A stretch of DNA of 64,000 bases from Phoronis australis (GCA_002633005.1 NMRA01000199.1:150505-214504), one strand, 5' to 3'; positions 24,190-39,385 are shown, counted from the stretch's first letter. Made by a program: numbers and translations. Notes: generated by a model from the letters alone, not told the origin.

Positions 24190-25488
24190 ATCCGGAACAC
24201 CTCGTGTATTTTCGTAGCTCACCGAGGTGTTCAAAATTGCGCATGAGCGAACCTCGCTGGTCCCTACGTGCTCAGCCAACACGCAGGTATCACGTGGCAC
24301 GCGCTTTAGCATTGGTTGATGTAACCTCAGCAGTCATTGGTTAGCTTTACAACGCCGGACTGCGATTTTTAGCCTTGTCGTGCAAGTGGCGTCGCAGCAA
24401 CTATTTCGTATCTGCAGTGATGCTTAATAGCCGCATGCTTGAAGCACATACATGTACAATAAACACAAATCTGGCCGATTGAACTGGTGTGTTATTCATA
24501 CTGTATGAATACGGGGCAGTATCGCAAACAAAAGTCATCGACAGTAGAAAGAGGCATTCCGAACAGGCGCAACACCAATTTCTAGGATTCCCATTTCCTG
24601 TACAACAGACAACATTTACACTTCAGACCATCAGTCATGCCAGTTTGTTTGCGTAAAGCGCTGCCTGTTGAGAATTCGACTAGCCAATCAGAAACGCCGG
24701 TGTAAAAAATTTCCTGAGGAAAATTAAATGATACCTGCGTGCTGGCTACTGACCACCTAGCGGCACGCAGGGAACCAGCGAGATGAGCGAACATCAGCCA
24801 TCACAGCAAAGGATTTACAACAGATAGCTGAAAATTATGACCATCAGCTTAACAGTTTTTAAAAGACGTCAGTCAAAATTCTTAGTCTGCCACCTGATGT
24901 ACTATCAACTTACAGTTAAGCATATCTCACCGTTTTCGACGGCATTTTCGATTTTAACAGCGACTTTCTGTTAATTGAAGTTCGCACATGCGCAGAAACG
25001 AAACATCTCCCAGTGATAAATTGAGAGTACAATATACGCAAAGAGCTGTGAATACCATGAGGGATTATCTGAGGCTTCGAAAATACCCGAGGTNCTGCCG
25101 AAGGCAGTGCACATTTGAAATAACTCGGCACAAATTAAAGAAAACTTCCGAATCGATGAATGCGGTATATCTGTGAGAGTTAAATCGAATCCTATTCAGA
25201 TCATAACTTTGAAGTGGAATAATTCGGTGAGTACAACAGCAAGTCGGTTTTATGCTTAGGCGGACGAACATTGGGTTCCCCAGTATACTATCAACTTACA
25301 GTTAAGCATATCTCACCGTGTTCGACGGCATTTTCGATTTTAACAGCGACTTTCTGTTAATTGAAGTTCGCACAAGCGCAGAAACGAAACATCTCCCAGT
25401 GATAAATTGAGAGTACAATATACGCAAAGAGCTGTGAATACCATGAGGGATTATCTGAGGCTTCGAAAATACCCGAGGTGTTCCGAAT
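24190..25488. mobile_element. TIR-bounded non-autonomous element (family core gttcgcNcatgcgca...gctWcgaaaatacNcgaggtgttccg)
   Basis: 24190-24220 is the approximate reverse complement of 25458-25488; inner motif 24238-24252 is inverted relative to 24980-24994; related copy at 57331-57862. Confidence 0.6.
24899..25479. repeat. ~195-bp direct duplication (24899-25093 and 25285-25479) next to a single n
   Basis: Two copies with 2 substitutions seen; n at 25094; may be a haplotype-join artifact. Confidence 0.85.
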
Positions 25489-25741
25489 ATTGCATTGTTC
25501 ATTGAGTAAATTTTGCAGCGATCCATTAAAGGTATTTTACTATACGTTTAGTGAATTGATGGTGGTCCCAAAAGTAATATAACAAAACTTTCTAATACGC
25601 AATGGAAGAAGGATCCGTAACTGATGCAGTGCAACATGTTCATTATATTTGATTGAAGAACATGCAGTACATACATGTAACTCACCAAAAATTTACGAGG
25701 TTGCGCCAGCGTTGAGTTAAGTACATCAATCTCAACTCTGA

Positions 25742-25810
25742 AAAACAATAACCAGTAAAACAATAACCAGTAAGACAATAACCAGTTAGACAATAACTAG
25801 TAAGACAATA
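25742..25810. repeat. 15-bp tandem repeat (acaataaccagtaar) x ~5
   Basis: Directly visible. Confidence 0.9.
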
Positions 25811-27420
25811 AAAGTTAATCGCCAGCGGTAGACGTTTGAATGACGGGTTTGAGCACACAGTTATTCAGTACCACCACTAACAGCTAATGAGGTCTGGCGT
25901 TCTTAATCCGTAGTGAAACTTTCTGTAACCATACAACAGCTGCAAATAAATAATACCTATTCAAATTCGAGAGTTTCAAAAATAAAAGCAAGGAATTTAG
26001 ACAAATGACCTCTACTGGAGTCATTTTTTTCAAACACCGTGTATTATAACAAATCTCTGACTTAAAATGTACTTCAGTGTGCTAAGTTATGATTGAAGTA
26101 CAGTTTATGGGTACAATTTTTATGATATTTCCAACACAAAAAGTGAAATACTGAAGTAGTGAAATAAACGTGTCAGTCAAATCGATAGCACCAGCTCTCA
26201 GCTCTGCCGACATCACCCAAAAGGAGAGCATTGGGAGGTGATGTATTGAGAACATGCCACAATTAGAAATATGTGTCTAGCAGGAGCGACCGCCCAGTGT
26301 CGGGGCTGCGTTCCATAGAGGCAAGACACTCACGATCCACTATAGGTGAAAAATTGTCGTTTATGGGACGGAATCGATGAGTTCTATCCCATAATTCAGA
26401 ATTCCATTGGCGGCCATAAGGTGCCGAGCGTACCCATAAAACATTCGCTTTTCACTCTCGTGATTTTGCGTGATCGTGTTTTTGTGAGTGTCTTACATCT
26501 ATGGAATGAACCCCACGTAGGTTGTCTAGGTTGGTGCGTGAAGTTTTGAGCTAACCTGTCCATCAGGTAACAATTCTGCAACGTAAACGGACACGAGGAA
26601 AAACCAATGTGATTATTTGTTTCGCTTGCAGCGCATGATGATGTCCTCCGAACTGGTCCAAAGGGTTACATGATTCTCGGTTTTCTAGTAATGAACTTGC
26701 CTTGGGGAACCTACATGTATGAGTTCATATTTACTTGAACAGCGGACTAGTACTGTTTTGTTTTTTAGATTTAATCACCTTGTGTCTTTCAACTTTCCCT
26801 TTATGATTTTAGACTTGATGAAAGCCTCAGCCGCTGTAGTTAAGGTCTGAAATAAGTAGAAACTGCAAACATTAGATTACATCAAAGGACGAGGGAGAGA
26901 GAGAAAGATTTGGCACACCTGTTTACCACTACGTTGAATAGTCATACTAGCAGGCACTGTTGCAACCGCCAATGAAATAACCGTAAAACAGTGTAATTAT
27001 ACTCAATGCATTCGTAATTGTTGTTGTTAATGTAAATAAGTGCATTATTTAAAAATAGGACAACTTACCGCATTTGCTGAGAAAATGAAATGTTTTTGCT
27101 TTTCTTCAGCCAAGTAAAATATCATATTTCCTCTGAAGACAATGTTTACTTTTCCTTCCTCAATTTTGACGGAAGGTGTGGATGTCGAGTACAAGTCGAT
27201 AACAACTGTCTTGTTGGGAAACTTTTTACCTATCTGGAATAAAAATCGTATTTAACTACTTCACCAAAAGTGGGTCTAGGGCTTGCATAATTATGAAATT
27301 GATTGAGTTCGAAACTATTAGTTCGACACCCTGATATGCACATCATCGGCATTTTGCTGTAATCTCTATCGCCATAGCGTACGCAGTCTTTCCTGTTTGG
27401 TAATTTTCGAGCATTAAACC

Positions 27421-27700
27421 CATGGGCAAACCCAGGGGGGGGGGGGCTCGGGGGGATCCAATGAGCCCCCCCCATTTTGGCGAATTGGGCAAAAAGGTCC
27501 GCGTCAGTGAAACAAAAAGTCCTAGTAAACGAGACAAAAATCCACAAAATCGGCGCAGATGCACAAATTCATGATTCGCGGGCCTGAACCTATTAACCCC
27601 GTTTTTTTTTGTTTTTAATGCTCGTTGATGCTTCTTCCGTAAAAGGTTCGCATAACGGAAAATTCGAGCCCCCCTATATTTTCGGCTGGGTGCGCGCATG
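27421..27700 (-). mobile_element. MITE, ~280 bp, TIR catgcgcgcacccag
   Basis: Ends catgggcaaacccag ... ctgggtgcgcgcatg; aaac on both flanks; colinear in reverse orientation with 43301-43559. Confidence 0.8.
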
Positions 27701-30700
27701 AAACCAGCTCGTTTTCAGTTCGAAGCGATTACGAAAATATCTAATAGCAAAATACCAAATGCTTTGTTAGAAATAAGAATCCATGTATGACTTCAATAAC
27801 TGAGATTTCTTATAGATATCTCATGCTTTTGTTTAAAAAAACAACCGATATGTCTGTTGTTGTGAGATCACCACTCCTGTTGTGACATGGGTAACGCAGC
27901 ACTGAAATATAGCCCCCCCCCCAACCCATTTTCCAAACCACTTAAAAATTGCTTCCAGCTTACAGGATTTTTTCTCGAAATGCAATGTAGCTCGATGTGT
28001 TAGAAATTGCCCAGTTGCACATTACAAGGTCGCTGTGGTCATCGTTGTCGTCAATTTCAGTACCTTTGCATGATATTTAAATTTCCAATTGTTGTCAGTC
28101 ACGTGTGTCATACGTAGTCGGCGTGGTCGTCGAGGTCGTGGTCGTCATCGCCATCGCTCTACTAACTTACCTCAGGAATAAGTTTGCCGATGCAGTTTTT
28201 GCCAGAAACGCACGTGGTGTGCAGAAGATAGGCGTGATCAGATTTCAGCTGTCAAAAGACAAAGCACATACATGTACGTTATTTTAAAAATACTGAAACG
28301 AATGAAACTTACTTAAAGGTCTAAATGTATAGGCCCTACATCGGTGTTGCTATAGTGTTCACTGAGAAAGATAGAATCATTTGCAATAATTCTACGCTTG
28401 TTCCTTAGAACGCACGGCGAGTTGTTCTAGTGTACAAAATAAAGTTACAAAACAAAGCCAGGACAAATGAACAGCAACTTAGAGGACCGGATAGAGTGCT
28501 GATAAAAACATAATCGGAGTCTGTCTGGTAAATGTTGTAAGCTTATAGCGCAGATTCGCCCTTTCGTTATGAATGAGGATTACGCAAATCGATATGAAGA
28601 GTTATAATGATACTTTACTCGTTTTTATGAATTTAGGTTATAGACGAATTTAGGACGTCCGCCATCCCTACGTACGCGACAAAAAAGTCCGTCAGCACTC
28701 CGTTTTTTTGAAGCTTACACGAATATTATTCATCCTCAAACTGTAGTTGCCCCCTTATGGTATCCCGAATCCGTCGGTAAAAATTTTTTTGATGGTCAAC
28801 TTTAAAAACAAAACATTTTTATATGTTTAAATCTTGAAAAGTTCGCATGGTTTGAGAGAAATAAGGAAAGTCTTGGGGGCAAAAAAAAAATACTACAAGA
28901 TTTTTTAAACAAAAATCAAGGAAAGAATAGTCTTACATCTTTGGCGGTCAAATTGTATCGAAGAACGCCGTTAGTCTGGGCAGCAAATGCGGCCGAGGTA
29001 GCAATGTATTGAGACAGCCAAATCGTCACCATTCTCGATCCCCCAGTGTGTGGAAAGGTAGGCGCCTGGAAAGGCACAGGTTGGCGATTCTTCGTGAAGA
29101 AACATTCTCCCTGTAAAACAGGCACATGCGCCATTTATAATTAGAGATGTTAGGGAAGAAAAGAGTGTTTAAAACGAGTTATACCGGAAGTGGGTGATGT
29201 GCTGTTGCCGGGATGTTATGTTATAGACCTTTCGATTTGTGACCAACAGCGCATTTTAAAATGTGCTACTTTGTCCGAGACTTAAACGTACAGTCTTGTA
29301 GACTGAGACGTGCTGGCATTGCGACCAGCGCCCGGTTGAAAAATAAAAATATAGGCAGGTGACCACGCAGTTGGACCCATTGCACTAATCGCCTGATTAA
29401 GACCAAAGGGTATTCCTCAGCTTGAGTTTCCTCTTGAGTACAGTCTTCTAGTTCCCCGTTATGTCAGGAAATTAGAAAGGTTATTTGTTGTACCTGCACG
29501 TGCCCGGTTGCTTGGATCAGTCCAAACCAAGGACTCGACAAACTTCTCTAAACCTTCTGCGTATTTGCATCGTTCTTTACTCACAAATTTTATATTTTCT
29601 GTCATTTTTTCTTTATTATAAGCTCCTCTTTGACGAATGGCATTCTCTACCAATATATAAAAACTGAGCCCTTATTTCAATTAAATAAGGCAAGGTGCAT
29701 GAAATATCCCTACTTATTTTCAGTAATATTGAAAATGACTTAGCACTGAAAAAAAAATACACCAGAACGGACAATCAATGTTTTCAGAAACTCATTGAAA
29801 AGCGGGATCGCGCAAGTCTTAGCAAGACGTCACGCATCATAAACCAAGCACGTGACCACACTGTGACCGCAAGCGTCCGGGGTCGCGGCACGCATTCGAG
29901 GCACGAGGCTGGTTGCGTGGAGGTGAGTTCTTCCCGGTTGTGGCCAAAAAGACTACCACCAGCACAGTGTACCAGGCAGGTGTCTTCACAGGCTCTATGT
30001 GTAAGGTAAATTAACTCCTAGAAATTCAGTAATGAGGTGTAAAAGCTTTTCGTGACTCAATTGTTTACCTTGTGAAATGACGTCAAGTGTTCCGTATCGA
30101 ATTCGGGTCTTGTAGTCAATCGGTAGTCCAAGGAGAGAAGGTTCCCAACTTTTGTATCAACTTGAACAAGAATGAGACAACAATTTTTACAAGGATTAAC
30201 TGTTACAGGACAATTGGTGACAACGTATTAAAATGAAGAATGTCGGTGGCTACTCACGCAAACACGACGCAATATGTGCATTGAGACCAGAAACCATTAT
30301 CTAGATCTATACACGAGTATGAATAGCTAAAATTTCTTGTCAAGCCAAAACAGACACGAACCATTTTATGTAGAACAACATCATCAAGCGTATGCAATGC
30401 ATTTCCAATTATTGTTTTTAACAATAGGAGGAGTTGACAAAAAGTCTACGAAAGGCTCTAAGACCATCCTGGTAACATGGGGAGGGGCGAGGGAGCGTGG
30501 GGTCCGGAGGAATGCTAACTATCCCCAGCAAACACTTGATGACTGATCAAACATTGTAATCCAGTGGCATCCCTTTCCCACAAATTCCCACAAACATTGA
30601 TTTGGTGCAAACGACTTTCAGCGCTTCCGAAACAAGACAAGTGAATCTCTTCTACCTTTGAGCTTTCGAAGAGACTTTTCCGCGTTTTCATTCACTGCTT

Positions 30701-33700
30701 TGGTCGCTGCCTTGCATAACTGAAATATGATAAATTAAGAAGCCGCATACAACACTGCAAAGAAAAGGAAGAGATAAAGGAATGGCCGATAAGATTGCAA
30801 ATAAGAAGTAGTCACAGGTGTTCTGAATTTTCAAAGATTGTTTCGTCCATGGAATAGCGGGCATCACACTGGTTCTCAAAAATAGGGTACCTTTCAACTG
30901 AGCTGATTTCGGACCCCATAAACTAGTTCTCAATATCCGGAATCCCTGTAAGCGACTCTTAACATGCAGCTATTTACATACGTGCCGCAGCAGAGAAGTA
31001 CAACAAAACCCGTTGTGATATCCAAATCACCAAAACGCTGCATTGCACTTCTGAATCAGTGTAATAGCAACACCTTCCCAAGAGCTCACTTCCTTATTAA
31101 TGTTTCGCTGACGAAGACTATCGACGATTCCGAAGAAAATACTAAAAGGATACCAAACCCGGTTTTGGCCTATTAACAGATAATAAAAACAGCTTTGCCA
31201 TCCTCTTCTCCGAAACAAAATGATGCTCTGTAATCATCGGCAACCATCAACTGTTAGGAGAAAATTTTGAAAACTCCTTACAGAGCATGCTGAATGGGCA
31301 AGCGTGATCTACGCTTTAGGCAGTTTACACGACAACTGCAAGGAAAAGCACCCACCAAGAACCATAATATCTAATCTGTGGCACAGAGAATTTGAGTTTT
31401 TTTTAGTTAAATAGTGCTTTTATCGTTCAAGTAGGGTGCCAATGATGCATTGACAGGTGACAGAACTTGACTGGTTGAAATCATCAGAACAAGGGTTTAG
31501 TATCCTTCAAAGAAGAGCCGCTAGTTCAAAAAGGTTTAAAAGTGAAATTGCTTAGAAGTGATGGCCGTGAACTAAGTCTTAGCTCAAAGGTCCTTTAGTC
31601 CGAGGAGTGTCCAATAATTGAAACCCATCACATTCTCGCAGCTGTCATCTCCACAAACATTTAAGAATGAATCTTTTCTTGGCAGAGACTAAAAGTGATT
31701 CTGGGCCTTCTGTAGCGCGTATTTCTTGCGAGTTTGGCGAGATCACGCCTGACCAAGCGAGTAGAAAGCGAGCATTTTGCGACATTTGTAATGTCTCATG
31801 TCCGTTTATTAAAAAGGCTTCGTTGTATTTCGTTATCCACGAGAACTAAGATCCAGTGTGATTTCTGTAAGTTAAGACAGAGTCGGAAATGAGCAAGAGC
31901 TATTCTTGAATCAGACTTGTGGTTTCGTCGAGATCAGCCACTCGATCTTTGTCCTGAGGCCATGGTCTTATATTTGGAGTTGAGCACCAGATAATAGCGT
32001 AGACAATAAAAATGTCCGCCATTGAAGTGATCGGTTGGCAGTGCTGGAAAGTTGAATTATACGAGAAAGTTCTAAGAAAACACGTCATTTCTGTTCCACA
32101 ACCAAGGAATTCCCGTCCCAAGTTTCTTGCTAGGGTATTGCGCTCACGGGACGGTACCCTGGCTTGTTTTTGAATTTGTGGATACCGAAAAGAACCACGA
32201 GAGGCTATTTAGGTCAAGCCGATATCACAGATTTCAAATTGTAACGCAATTCGTTAGCAGCGGTGAAACTTTCCATTGAAGCATTCAACGAACTCCAATC
32301 AGACCATGGATTTACCATGTGTACGAGTACTCGCCTCTTAAAAACAAAATAAGGGGTTCCACCCCAAAAAGTGAACCACAACAGTGTTTTTCAAAAATGG
32401 CGCCGCATCGGGCTTCATTGTTGTACCCAGCAAAAACTCATGAAATAATTAAACCTTTGTGATATCCCCTAGACATCCGCAGTCGACGGGAACTTCTTTC
32501 TGGTGTCTTCGTGGATATTCAATGAGCAAAGCCAAGTTTTCTTTTGCTTTTTCTTACCAGTTTGTTAACGCTGTCTTTTAGCAAGTCTTCTATTTTGCCC
32601 TTGAATAAGTTGTAGAGCCAGCTGGAAAAGTGGATTAATCATTCGTTGACTCGTCGAACAAGTCAGAACCATAAAACATTAAATCGGTATTTTCAGATGC
32701 AGTGTTAAATATTGACAACTAAACGTAATAACAATAACAATATTTATGGTAACTAGGGCAAGAGGGAGGGTCTTGCTGCTAACGTACGCCTTTGACGTCA
32801 TAAAATTGCCATATAATAAAAATCAATGGTTTTAGAATTGTTTACATCTTTAAGACATGGACAACCAATAGCAGAAATGTCCCCAATATCCAGAAAAATC
32901 ACAAAACACAAAGACTTGTGTGACTCGAAGTGTGCTTAGAAAATATCACCAGTTAACATGCTCTCGGGAGGAGGTCGGGAAATGAGTACGGTTTGTTGTA
33001 CGCTAGTGGAAATGGCGATAATTGTGAACTGTCCCTTACCTGGTTGACACGGCGGAACTGACGAAGTCGGTCGAGTGTACATTTTGATTCTTTACCTTAA
33101 CCAAACCTTATCGATCACTTTTCACAATGTGACATCTTTTTCGCTAACATATCTAGGTTTGGTTATCACGCCACTTGTGACCACATCACGTGACTTAATA
33201 AATATAAGTCTGAAAAGATTTCTGCCCCAACCCCGCGGGGCATCTATGGAGAATCTGGTTTCAAAATTTCTGCAGTTGGTGCACAGTTGCTCTCTTGATT
33301 TATTTAAGGAGCCAATTTTCAAGAAACGTTTGCTTCATCGCGGACAATGTCAACTCACCTTGCACCGCTGTGAATGTGGATGCTGACCTTTCCGATGTCG
33401 GCTTTACAAGATGGCGCCGATATTGTTGGACGCCCGGTTGCAACATCGAGACCTACCGAACAAACACGTTTGCACGTTTAATTGAACACGAGAAGAATCT
33501 TGCACCTTATAGACGGCTATGGGACTATTATCTTAGGACATTCCGTTCACACAATGACAGCACATGATCTGCTCTGCCGGGTGGGCTGTGTCAGTCCTCC
33601 AGGTCATTTAATTCGTTCTCCATCGATGACGTTTTCCTGGGTATAAATGTCTTCGCCGGTTGACTCGGCTGAACTGGCGTAGGGATTCAAGTAGTGCAAA

Positions 33701-36700
33701 TGGCGACGTTGAACATTGCCGACCCTTACAAAATCGAGTAGTGAAACTAAGCAAGTTTTAAAAGTCTAACTCAACGGTAGTTAGGTCAAGCAGAAATCAC
33801 GAACTTCAAACTAAAATTAAGTTTGCCGCGTCGAATGCCTCCGTTGAACCAATCATCGGGCCAATCTTATTAGGTGTTGGATTGCTAACTCACCGTCATT
33901 ATAGTCCTAGGTCAAGGGTGATTCTTAATGCAATCATTTGCGTCATTTTGGGCTACTCACCGAATTGAAACGTGACCGAGAAGCGAAAATCACTGACGTC
34001 GACATCGAAGCTACCGCTGTCCGAAATGGGTATGCTAAGGACGAAACATTGACATGTGTCAAAATCATAAACTTTTGATTTACGAACTGACGTAATGAAA
34101 TTGCAAATTTTCCTTTTATAACTGAAGCACCAATGTGATACTTTGCCATTTGAATACTACTCTTACACATTTCACATGTTAATCAGAGCCTTCTTTATTC
34201 AGTAGGATTAGAACAATGATCGGGGCACTGAAACAAACCTTCAGGTATTAGAAACGCTGCGCTTACAACGAATGGTGTGTCAAAGAGGACTTTGACATCA
34301 TTATGCTAAAATTTCCAAGAAATCCAGCACTTTTTTAACAAAGAGACCGGTTAGAACTAAGGTATTAACAAGCTAACCGCAAAAAAATCAGTGACATTTT
34401 CTATTCTTTGAATTTAAGACAGTTATCTGTGATTCGTGTCTAACCTCGTACGTTCAACAACAGAATTTCATACAATAATTTTGTTATATCAGAGTAGGTC
34501 GTTTTGACCCTAGCAATTCCCGCTGAAAATTAAAAAAGGAAGTGGGGAGGTCCTCGGAGGTTGGAATACAAAATGTAGGCCATCTTAGTAGGTCTGAGGT
34601 TACTCTAGCATATTGTTGCAGGTATCAATGCGGTGGAAATTTGCACAAATACTGTAGGTTTCGTGCCCTTTTCAACGGCAGCTTCACAAATGTTTTCTTG
34701 TACACTTTTGTGTGGTTTCCCATAAACTTAAGTTGCAAAACTTACAAAGCAATTTTAGCTTTGTAGTGCCAGTCGCCATGCAGACTTCCTGACCCTCCAC
34801 TTGACTTCCAGGTGGCGCCTTTGCCAGGTGCGAATGTCACTGTTGCTTGGGGTTTGTTAAAACTCTTTAGCTGGATGCTAAAAGAAAGCACACATTTCGT
34901 TTGTTAATTTACCGTTACGAGTACCATTTTGCTACATTTTACACATCGCATGACCTGACATCCAGAATGAAGAGTGGTCGCNGCGCGAGCTTCAGTCAGG
35001 CTAAGCAGCGGTCTGAAATACGGGGTTCAGCGCATCTTCAAAGTCCAATCAGCGCTGGATATTGTATCGGCGATAGCCTGATAAAGCTTTATACGTTTTT
35101 GAGACAAAAAAATCAAACGTTCCACGTGCCCCAGTTCTTTTCTTAACTGCAGATGTCAAAAGAAATCTAAGCGTTATCTAATTAGACGTTAACGCCCTGT
35201 GTTTGCTTTCCACACATGTTGGTTTGCTTACCTGGTTGCACTAACATTTGTCAAAACGCTAGGGAGCGTGAGGTGCGGCTACAGGCACGTACTTTAATTT
35301 CGACGATTCTGTAATTGGGTTATCTTTAATCCAAGTTCTTTACACCTCCGTTGTGAAGTCCCACCGTAAGGAAGTGGTGGCGCTGGTTCCGGAATGTCCG
35401 ACTGGCTCAGGTGCACTGAAAGGAGACACCGCACGTAATGTACAGGAAGGAATCTTAGAGTAGGCTTTTGCTACGTAGGTTACCGCGCGTTACTTCAAGG
35501 GGCTGAGTAAATTGCATCGTTCCTCGAGAATTTATTCGCTATCAAACCAGCTTTGGCAATATCGTGAGGCTTTGAAACTATTCAAGTCATTCTTATGCAC
35601 GAACGTAACCTTTATAACATTTGAGCAATGCAATGTTCAATAAACTCTTGAGTTTGTTTGAGAAAACTTGACAGGTCAAGTACTCGTGAATCACGTGATC
35701 AGCACTGGACAATCTCTAGGGTTAATCTCTACGGTTACTCGTTGGAAGAAAGGCAGGGCCAACTGCGTTTGCAAAATTGCTGTGCCGTACTATGAGTCAG
35801 TATAGCGGCATGACGTCGAAATTCCGCCAGTACAGAATGTTAGCCGTATTTAAACTCGTTTAATCTTTTGAAAAGTGTATTGTCTGGTGAACACACGTCA
35901 TTGTTAACGTGTGTCAGTGGAATAATTAACGACTTTTTGTATCGAGACGATATTGTAGAGTTCTGGAACAATTTCTGCAAAACAAAAAGAATTATACAGT
36001 CCTCAGTTGTATTTATATAACATTGCCTTGTTATTTTACGTGAAATATATCTACAGATGCCAATCAATGTCTTTAAAATCAGTTGAAAAGTCTGATGACA
36101 GTGCTCTCAACGTAACGTTAGTATTTCAGTTCTGCTGCCACACAATCAAGTACAGCACTTCCGAACTTTTGTTTGAGTCCTGCTTGAACCAAAGTGTGCC
36201 AATAACAATGATGTGCAAAAATAAATATTACTTAAAATTCTTGTCTTGAGTAGCTAATTAATCACGATTTGGTTGGTAAGTAGAGCCCATCGTTTTTATT
36301 TGTCTTTCAAATAAACTTCAAATCACAGGGCAAACAGACGAGATTAACTTACTAGTATAACTTCGATAAATTCATTAAATAAACACAGAGGTTAGAAGTG
36401 ACACTTCGACTGGGTCAAATGTCAACAAAAAGCCTTGCTATCTCCCCAAAACTCGGTCATTTCTTGTTACAAGGAGAGAAGTATAAACTGAATTTTGATA
36501 TTAACGTGTACGCCTAACGTACACTGTACGCCTGTTCATGTATTTGATAAGAGAATCGTGTGACACCACGGGTGGTATGCACGTAAACGCATCGGTATCG
36601 GGTGATTTAGTGAGCTAATGCGTTATTGAATTTGGTACACTCGTACAATGCTGTCTCAACAATCAAAAACAGGAATAACGTAGCTACGAATAACAGCCAC

Positions 36701-38639
36701 AGTACATATTATAGCGCCATCGGTATCGGCGATAACAATAACAAAATCCTGATAATAACAAAAACAGTGATGATGGCTGATAGATTACTGGGCCACTGAA
36801 AACGGCGACAACTTTTTTGTTTTTCTAAAACCTCTAACAGGCATTATATCACGTGCCCTCTATCGAAGCTTCAGGGACACGCAGTCGGCGTCTCACCTGT
36901 TTGTTTATACATGCGTGTGGTAAACTAAAATACAGTCACGTGTCTGTTTGAATTTACTTCCTTATTTTGAAACTTGCTAGTTCACTACGCTGTTTTAAAA
37001 CTGTTTGTTTTCGTATTTCAAAAAGGCTGTAGAAAATGCATAAAGCACAGTTTTTTCTTTGTTATTATTCTGTAGATTGTCAATTATTCTGAATCTCACA
37101 AATTAGTTACTGCTCTAACGTTTGCTTTGATCGACGAACACCAAGTCTGTTAATTAATGTTCCAAGTTGCGTATGTGCTGCGTGCAGGGAGTTTCCCTAC
37201 CTGTGCGACCCTCGAACCTACCTCCATGGGTGCATTTTCAACGCAACAATGTGCAGCAACTTTAATCAGGCTTTTCGGAGTGTAACCATTTTTGGTCTTC
37301 CTTGCTGACACGTAATTCCGTTGCATGTGACCCCGGATTCACGTACTACACGATGCCGTGACGAATGAAGACGAGTTGTCAGTAAAATACGAAAGTTTTG
37401 AGGTCCGTTGATTTTGTTCATAAAACAGCTCATTCACGAAAAACTGCCTTTTAGGCTGGCACACGTATATGCACGAAAAAGCGACTGGACGCATTTTTGG
37501 CTTGTACATCTTTCCTATATTTCGTGCAACCGCTCAGGGGGCGGATACGGAAATTCGCGGTACATGCACTAATAAAGAACTAACACCAGCGCAAAGGTGC
37601 TGCCGTTATCGAGCGACACCAATGCGCTATAAAACTACACTTTTAGGTGTCCGCCCTGTGCACTCATTGGTAGGGCCAACCTTCGTTGCTACTTTACGTT
37701 AATTTTACGACGGACGAACCACAAGTAGGAAGAGATTGGAATCGATTAGTTCCTACCGCGGCTAGTCGAAATCTCGGGTAAATGAGCAAATACAATATCC
37801 GCGAAAAACAAGGGTTCACTGGAGGCTACTTGCTGATGGCCCATACTACGTGTATGTAATGAAGGTAGATTCCACTGTTTTGTTCACTCTAGTACGTGGA
37901 AAACATCCCGCAAAATTATTTTATATTAAACTCTTTCAGAAGGGGATTCGGTGATACTTACAGAATATCGGAGTGAGGAAATGTCACTGAATCGGCTAAC
38001 TAATTAAGCATGCAATACACCACGATATCAGTTGGGAAAGACTGCATGCACATGTAAATAAATTTTCAAAATTTTCTAAATGCTGGAATAGAGTCCGACA
38101 CCCCAGAAGCTGATACGGCCGAACGATCTCGCATCTGTTAGGGGAGGGGGTTGGATGAAATTCGTTTACAATCGTTGTGTCGTTTGTAACACTGTGTGTA
38201 ACCTTGTTTGTAATTTATGAACTTAGCTAGTGAATTACACCATTCAATAGGGTCTATAACACTTAAATTACAGTTTAAAGCTTCGTAGAATGATCAGAAA
38301 GTATTTGTCACAATGGAATTATGTAAAGGCTGCTGAGCTGTGGACATGTGAAGATAATTGTCCATAAATATATTCATGAGTGATAATAATTCAGTGTTTC
38401 TGTACTTAGTACGAACATAGCGACATTATGGCGCTATTCTGTTTTCGCAAGTACTATGATTCCGTGTTATGAACATTTATCCAACCAACGCGTATTCTCT
38501 ACAATATCACAAGAGGGCGCTTTTGCTATTTTTATCGCGAACAATAAGTGCAAAAAAATACAAAATGCGGAAGTCAAACATCTTGTCAAAGTAGCCAGAT
38601 GTTTTGCGTCTATTACCTAGTGACCTTGTTTTTCTCAAG

Positions 38640-38900
38640 AACTAGGGCGAGAACTTGGGCGCTAGTCTGTGTAAGCTTGTTTTTTTACCGTATATAATAC
38701 TGGCTGAAACAGTAAGAAATACCGGAGTACAGCCAAGAAATGAACAACAAGTTGAAAAGAGTGGACGACATTGGTGAAAAGTATAGGCCACAAATGTGAA
38801 AGAACTGTTAGATAAATACGGGTTTACTTGTGTTCGGCTACAACAAAATGTTGGCGACAGCGATACTTCACTGACCTTAATAGTCAAACATTGTGCCCTT
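38640..38900 (+). mobile_element. Decayed non-LTR retrotransposon ORF2 C-terminal fragment (RTE-X-like)
   Basis: With stops and frameshifts reads ELGR...RI*YWLK...KRVDDIGEK...ATNVKELLDKYGFTCVRLQQNVG, matching the recalled motif GELGR...IKYWL...W(A/V)xxVKxLLxxxGFxxVWxxQ; clade is tentative. Confidence 0.6.
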
Positions 38901-39077
38901 CAGGTACGGGAGAACGATGTGTCAAACAGCAACAGATTGGTTCGACGTAGGAATTCAGAAGTGGCGGAATAGTTGAAGGTTTTAGAATAAGTGAATGATC
39001 TCAGAAGAACTTCCATATTCAAAAGATTGACCTTGAAATCAAATGAGATAGAGGGTCTGACGATCGCGAACTAATCA

Positions 39078-39384
39078 TTATTATTATTTTTAATGTAATA
39101 TTTACAATGAGGGTAGCCCCATCAGTTCACACTGTTTTCCATGAGGGGCCCTTAGTAAAAACATACAAACACAGTAAGACAAACTTACAGAATTACGAAA
39201 TGAAAGACAATATTTAAATAATCAGTAAAGAATAAGAAATTAACATGGAAAGATCGATGAAACGAAATAAAAAAATAAAATATGATAAATAGAAGATAAA
39301 GAAAGTAAGACAAGATGATTAACTAAAATAGAAATATACATAATTATATACAGACGATAAATAATTAAAAAAGTAAGACATAAC

Positions 39385-39385
<1 letters not shown>
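39078..39385 (-). mobile_element. 3' end/UTR of a non-LTR retroelement, same family as 1751-1822
   Basis: atgtaatatttacaatgagggtag...cagttcacactg..ttccatg..gggccc is shared with ~1765-1823; (TAA)n-like tail on the minus strand. Confidence 0.6.

Noticed and set aside
26812-26860. Hammerhead-like ttgatga...gaaa
   Set aside because: Core deviates from CTGANGA and stems I and III cannot be formed convincingly
33410-33480. RYCWTPGCN, resembling a THAP N-terminus
   Set aside because: Remaining THAP motifs and paired TIRs were not found
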